This document shows, one piece after another, positions 62,459 to 64,000 of a DNA stretch of 64,000 nucleotides. The notes beneath the pieces are model-generated. The model worked only from the letters and a program-made list of their open reading frames with translations. It was not told where the DNA came from and searched no databases. Where the stretch lies: contig CM120643.1 in the NCBI GenBank assembly GCA_051362555.1, positions 26,540,848 to 26,604,847 on the forward strand, given 5' to 3'. The stretch comes from Lingula anatina. Its lineage: Eukaryota > Animalia > Brachiopoda. Each line of letters opens with the position of its first letter. Position 1 is the first letter of the stretch. Both the position numbers and the translations under genes were made by a program.

Positions 62459-62752
62459 ATTTGCCAACTGAAGTTTATGCGTTGAGTTCCCAAGAAAAGA
62501 GCAATTCACTATTAGTTATTCGTACTTGTTGATTATTTGTTGGGCAAATAATGGTGATATCTTTTTGAATCCATGTTAAAAACAAGTACTACTTCAAAAC
62601 GTTTTAGAAAGAAATGATCAAAAGGAGACATACAATTTAATAATACAGAGAACCGAATTTGAAATGGAAAATAATCATCACCGATACCCTTGTTGTTACC
62701 AAACTATTAAACAGGAAGTGAGAGGGGAGGTGTGGGGGCGCGGCGAGCGAAA
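62459..62752. promoter_or_regulatory. Probable bidirectional promoter between the ZBTB-like gene and the next gene
   Basis: Divergent ATGs are 294 bp apart. ETS-like CAGGAAGTG (~62712) and a GC-box-like GGGGGCGCGG. Confidence 0.5.
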
Positions 62753-62945
62753 ATGTCATCAAAGTTGAAAAAGCTTGGAGCGAACATCGACATTGATAAC
62801 ACACTGAGTGCTGAAGGAGAAGATAGTGAACTAAGCCTAGTAGACGACAGTGAAGTGTTATCGGATGCTCTGCAGGGAAAACTGTCATTCACGGGAGATA
62901 ATGCTAATGGCAGTGCCAACGATTCCCCAACGGCCACAAATACAG
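62753..62945 (+). CDS. Probable first coding exon of an unidentified gene
   Basis: AAAATG start, acidic coding-like peptide MSSKLKKLGANIDIDNTLSAEGEDSELSLVDDSEVLSDALQGKLSFTG..., and a candidate donor CAG|GTGAT followed by AT-rich intron-like DNA. Confidence 0.55.
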
Positions 62946-63299
62946 GTGATAGTATTCTTGGAAACAGGAAATATTCGTGGAATATTTGAACTCTACAGTG
63001 TACATTTTATTACGGTTTTAATCTGCTTTTGATATCTGCTCTTCCTTAAGTAGCATTATTACATGAAGTAGCAGCTTTAATGATTAATCAATAATTAATG
63101 TAGGAAGCAAAGTTATATTTATCAAATCAAGTGAAATATCTGCCAATTATCCTTTGTTTCATCATTCGCTTGATTGTTTATTGTTTGTTTTCCTTTCTAA
63201 CTTCCTTCATTCTTTTTCATATCTGCCAATTATATGCTATGTGAATAACTTTGTTTTATTTTGATATTTATTTATTTATTTATTTTGTTTGTTTATTTG

Positions 63300-63632
63300 C
63301 CCTTACGAAAATTTCCTATAGGATTTCCTATAGGATTTCCTATAAGATTTCCTATAGGATCCTATAAGATTTCCTATAGGATTTCCTATAGGATCCTATA
63401 GGAATTCCTATAGGATCCTATAGGAAATTGTCCCTTTTTCCTATAGGATCCTATAGGAAATCCTATAGGATCCTATAGGAAATCTTATAGGATCCTATAG
63501 GAAATCTTATAGGATCCTATAGGAAATCCTATAGGATCCTATAGGAAATCCTATAGGATCCTATAGGAAATCTTATAGGATCCTATAGGAAATCTTATAG
63601 GATCCTATAGGAAATCCTATAGGATCCTATAG
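63300..63632. repeat. Array of palindromic CCTATAGG units; likely the terminus of another CACTA/EnSpm-like element
   Basis: Starts CCCTTACGAAAATTTCCTATAGG, then 10-12-bp units (ATTTCCTATAGG, then inverted CCTATAGGAAAT). No partner TIR is seen in the window. Confidence 0.75.
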
Positions 63633-64000
63633 AAATTCATATTAACTGCTTTGAATATTTTTACAGCTTTTTATATATTGTTGGATCTTTGGCAAAATTG
63701 GTAATAGGCACTGGTCCCTCAAAACAAAAGAGAATATCATGTTTACATTCTTTATTCAAGATGTATAAATGTATGTACATATTCCACAGTATGGTATGCA
63801 TCCAGCTTACTAGAGAATTGTTTCATAGATTTTTGCAAAGTTAATGGTGTTGCTACTGCTTTTTAATTATAAGTTCTAAAAGTTATCACAAGTATCCAAT
63901 ATGTCTTGTCAAGCTGTGGCGTCACTGTCTTTTTCTTGTGTGAGTTCGAACTCCTGCCAGAATAAGTGGCTTAAACCTCCCTTGGCCAGACCCTGTCCAT

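Overview
This is AT-rich, intron-rich genomic DNA from an invertebrate animal; the gene content and repeat types suggest a mollusc or other lophotrochozoan (inference). It holds three head-to-head gene pairs: VAC14(-)/TMEM64(+), a Morgue-type zinc-finger/F-box/inactive-E2 gene(-)/INTS8(+), and a BTB-C2H2 zinc-finger gene(-)/an unidentified gene(+). The main structural feature is a tandem duplication of the 3' ~10.4 kb of INTS8 (source ~22130-32500, copy ~32530-57007), which carries an antisense TRIM (RING-B-box-coiled-coil-NHL) gene with an intronless CDS nested in an intron. The copies have reciprocal fates: intact INTS8 hosts a TRIM with an in-frame stop, while the decayed INTS8 copy hosts an intact 626-aa TRIM. 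The two TRIMs are near-identical at both ends but very divergent in the middle. The decayed copy has grown to ~24.5 kb through nested non-autonomous DNA transposons, several with readable TIRs and TSDs. INTS8 also has a U12-type intron and two short duplications spanning exon/donor junctions. Exon coordinates were read by eye, and gene names rest on recalled protein motifs, not database searches.
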